From positions 1 to 45,131 of the IMG/VR virus record IMGVR_UViG_3300037722_001242: DNA of 45,131 nucleotides. The stretch is one strand, 5' to 3'. A program made the translations under genes and the position numbers. The notes under the pieces were generated by a model. That model was not told the origin of the DNA. It ran no database searches and worked only from the letters and a program-made list of their open reading frames with translations. Origin of the DNA: a virus. Lineage: Duplodnaviria; Caudoviricetes. Positions within the stretch are counted from its first letter, which is position 1; every line of letters starts with the position of its first letter. Shown here piece after piece: positions 44,789-45,131 of the stretch.

Positions 44789-45036
44789 CACTATCTCTAA
44801 GGCCACACGAATACCGCACAGACAAGCGCACTGGCAGGAATATACTCACCAGGATGAACCCTTACGTCAGACTTCGTAATGGTGATGATCCTCCAGTATT
44901 TCTACAAGGCGGCAAGCTATATGACGAAGGAGGAACGGAGATCAAGAAGGCTCCTCCTTGGGTTGTAGAGCATATGAAGGTCATGTCTGACAAGGCTAAG
45001 AGGGAAGTGGGATTTGCCGACGACAGTAGTGACTGA
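44785..45036 (+). CDS. Hypothetical protein
   Basis: ATGA coupling. Confidence 0.7.
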   Translation: MTLSLRPHEYRTDKRTGRNILTRMNPYVRLRNGDDPPVFLQGGKLYDEGGTEIKKAPPWVVEHMKVMSDKAKREVGFADDSSD

Positions 45037-45131
45037 CTATCCTCAGAATGGGATAATCAGAGCCACATGGCCATCTATAGTGAATGCCGACGCGGCTGGT
45101 CTATCAGTCCAGCCGGGGAGGTATACTGTTA
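45029..45131 (+). CDS. 5' part of the junction-spanning gene (continues to 290)
   Basis: GTG 45029 overlaps the upstream stop; open to the window end and in frame with 48..290. Confidence 0.75.
   Translation, partial: MTDYPQNGIIRATWPSIVNADAAGLSVQPGRYTV
45090..45131. repeat. Terminal overlap (copy 2)
   Basis: 41/42 identity to 1-42. Confidence 0.95.

Overview
The window is an apparently complete, circularly permuted genome of a podovirus-type dsDNA phage. The 42-bp ends overlap (1-42 = 45090-45131, one mismatch) and one ORF reads across the junction. No integrase or RNA polymerase is visible. Spanin-like genes suggest a Gram-negative host (inference). The + strand morphogenesis block runs 38306-45131 then 1-14996: TerL, portal, scaffold, N4-gp56-type capsid, adaptor, nozzle, two tail fibres, spanins and ejection proteins. 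The - strand replication/accessory block (15113-30865) holds a split PolA with a UDG-like N-terminus, endolysin, ParB-methyltransferase, SSB/AAA ATPase/PD-(D/E)xK recombination genes and a RepA-type helicase. A second - strand block (33561-38182) holds NrdJ, dCMP deaminase, a holin and Ig-domain proteins. The standout feature is a TIGR-Tas-like RNA-guided locus: a nuclease-less Nop-domain protein (28076-28888) between two arrays of ~36-nt dual-repeat/dual-spacer units (9 units in total). Also notable are the PolA split by an endolysin cassette, an Acb2-like anti-CBASS sponge, tandem ADP-ribosyltransferase-like domains on a virion protein, and a CCA-ending tRNA-like RNA. All calls come from reading motifs by eye; no database searches were run.
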